A stretch of DNA of 64,000 bases from Isurus oxyrinchus (taxonomy: Eukaryota), in assembly GCA_026770705.1 (NCBI GenBank), contig JANJGN010000039.1:6262001-6326000 (forward strand). Reading direction: 5' to 3'. Both the position numbers and the translations under genes were made by a program. Numbering within the stretch: position 1 is the stretch's first letter; every line of letters begins with the position of its first letter. This document shows, in pieces, positions 62,200 to 64,000 of the stretch. The notes beneath the pieces were generated by a model. It saw only the letters and a program-made list of their open reading frames with translations. It had not been told where the DNA came from and ran no database searches.

Positions 62200-62700
62200 T
62201 CCAAAGAGCAAAACATTGTCTCCTCTGCAGCCCTTACTCTCTCAGTCCCGTGAGCATTCTTCAATTCGACCAAAACCCTCCATAGATTAGATTGTCGGTC
62301 AGGGTGTGTCTGACGTCAAAAATGTTTAACAGGGTCACGAAAAGTTTGGGACCCGAGGGTGCTAAGTTGATGGCGACTACCAGATCCTGCATCCCGTGAT
62401 GAGCTTTGTAGAACACCTCGCTCTCAATTGGTCTACAAAGTATAAGGGAATCCATCCCTAGGTGCACTTGGCACCTTATCCCCTTTCCCCCGCTCAGCTG
62501 CTGGGACAGCCACATTCAGGCCAGCAAACTCATTTGGGGAAAAACATCCAGAGGCTGCTGTAGCAGAAAGGAAACAGCCGATAGAGGTGATGACGGAAAA
62601 GCTTGCTGAACAACAGATATCAGACAGACAGTGCAAAAGTCATACAGACTTAATTTGGAATTGTTGGTGATATGCGAGGTGGGGGCGGTGGGTTGGGGGC
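62200..62700 (-). mobile_element. Possible very old Harbinger transposase remnant
   Basis: Across frames: AFPSS..SFLLQQ..MWL, GDK, PIESEVFYKAHH, THPDRQSNL. These fall in the order of FPGSSHDAFILRQ..WLLGDKG..EAEVRYNAAH..YSPDRVS. Weak. Confidence 0.3.
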
Positions 62701-62949
62701 TTGCTAGTGGCGGTGGTCGAACGAGTGAAAGGAGAGGTTGTAGATTGAAGAAGCAACTAAGAGAGGTCACCTACGATGTCTAAAAATATGAGCATTCGTT
62801 AATATAAAAGGGAATCTCAAATACTGCATGCAAATGGAAAACGAGTCATACTAGGAGTGGCGCTGATGACGGGCAAAAAAGAAACATTACTCACGGATAC
62901 ATGAGGCATTCCTAGTATATTAAATGATTACCATCTGTCCTTACCAAGG

Positions 62950-63410
62950 AACATTAATAAGGAGAAGGTCTTAGCTAGGCTACCTTCACTTTGATAGAGA
63001 AGTGTTTCCAGGTGATTTGCAAATGTTAATGACGAGACAGACTGGGTCTTTATCCTCTGGGATTTAGAAAAACGGGACCATATCTCATTGAAACATATAC
63101 AATTCTGAGGGGAAGCGGGGTGGGTTAAATGCTGGATGCTGGGAGGATGGTCACGTACTGTGAGAGATTAGAGCTAATAGACACAGGTTCAAAAAATGTG
63201 GTCGCCCATTTTGGACGGAGATGAGGTTTAATGTTTCTCTCTATGGGATTGTGATTCTTTGAACTCCTTCCCCAGACAGTTCTGCTGGAAGGGTCATTGA
63301 ACAATCTTTATGCAGAGGTAGATAATTCTTCAGGGACTAGAGTGTCCTAGGGTATCAGCAGTAGAGCAGTCTCAAATGGGCCGATTTGCCTAACCTTCCT
63401 TCTAAATCAA
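62950..63410 (+). mobile_element. CR1 LINE 3' remnant
   Basis: atctcattgaaacatatacaattctgagggg and tail aatgggccgatttgcctaaccttcct. Confidence 0.65.
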
Positions 63411-63424
63411 ATGCCTATAAATTT

Positions 63425-64000
63425 TAAACAAAAACAGAATTACCTGGAAAAACTCAGCAGGTCTGGCAGCATGGGCGGAGAAGAAAAGAGTTGACGTTTC
63501 GAGTCCTCATGACCCTTCGACAGAACTTGATTTCGAGTCCAAGAAAGAGTTGAAATATAAGCTGGTTTAAGGTGTGTGTGGGGGGGCGGAGAGATAGGGA
63601 GAGAGAGAGGTGGTTGTGTAGACAAACAAGCAGTGATAGAAGCAGATCATCAAAAGATGTCAGCGACAATGGTACAAAAGAACACATAGGTGTTAAAGTT
63701 AAAGTTGGTGATATTATCGAAACGAATGTGCTAATTAAGAATGGATGGTAGGGCACTCAAGGTACAGCTCTAGTGGGGGTGGGGGGAGCATAAAAGATTT
63801 TAAAATATTTAAAAATAATGGAAATAGGTGGGAAAAGAAAAATCTATATAATTTATAGGGAAAAAAAGGGGGGAAAGGGGGAAACAGAAAGGGGGTGGGG
63901 ATGGGGGAGGGAGCTCACGACCTAAAGTTGTTGAACTCAATATTCAGTCCGGAAGGCTGTAAGGTGCCTAGTCGGCAGATGAGGTGTTGTTCCTCCAATT
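63425..64000 (-). mobile_element. Penelope-like retroelement, young copy, continuing beyond the window
   Basis: Nearly identical to 20345-20928. Its GIY-YIG C-terminus is in frame: LEEQHLICRLGTLQPSGLNIEFNNFRS*, stop at 63917-63915. Confidence 0.92.

Overview
Repeat-rich vertebrate genomic DNA, most likely a shark or other elasmobranch, judged from its CR1/L2 LINEs, SINEs, Penelope-like, Gmr1-type Gypsy and Harbinger repeats. The only host genes I can support form a local cluster of two-exon class A GPCRs of the GPR139/GPR142-like type. Gene A (minus strand, exons 28463-28289 and 25240-24363, ~350 aa) is open-frame. Copy B (minus, exon 2 only, 38711-37826) is a close pseudogenic duplicate. Copy C (plus, exons 3461-3530 and 11870-~12095) is a more distant pseudogene cut by a Gypsy element. 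The main hypothesis is that this is a birth-and-death receptor family, possibly chemosensory, since gene A's promoter has a TAATTG homeodomain site beside an O/E(EBF)-like site and a TATA element, as in olfactory receptor promoters. The rest is nested, decayed transposons (Penelope tails carry minimal hammerhead-ribozyme motifs), minisatellites of 65, ~49 and 32 bp, CA/CT microsatellites and four short N gaps. TE boundaries are approximate, and all homologies were recognised by eye, not by search.
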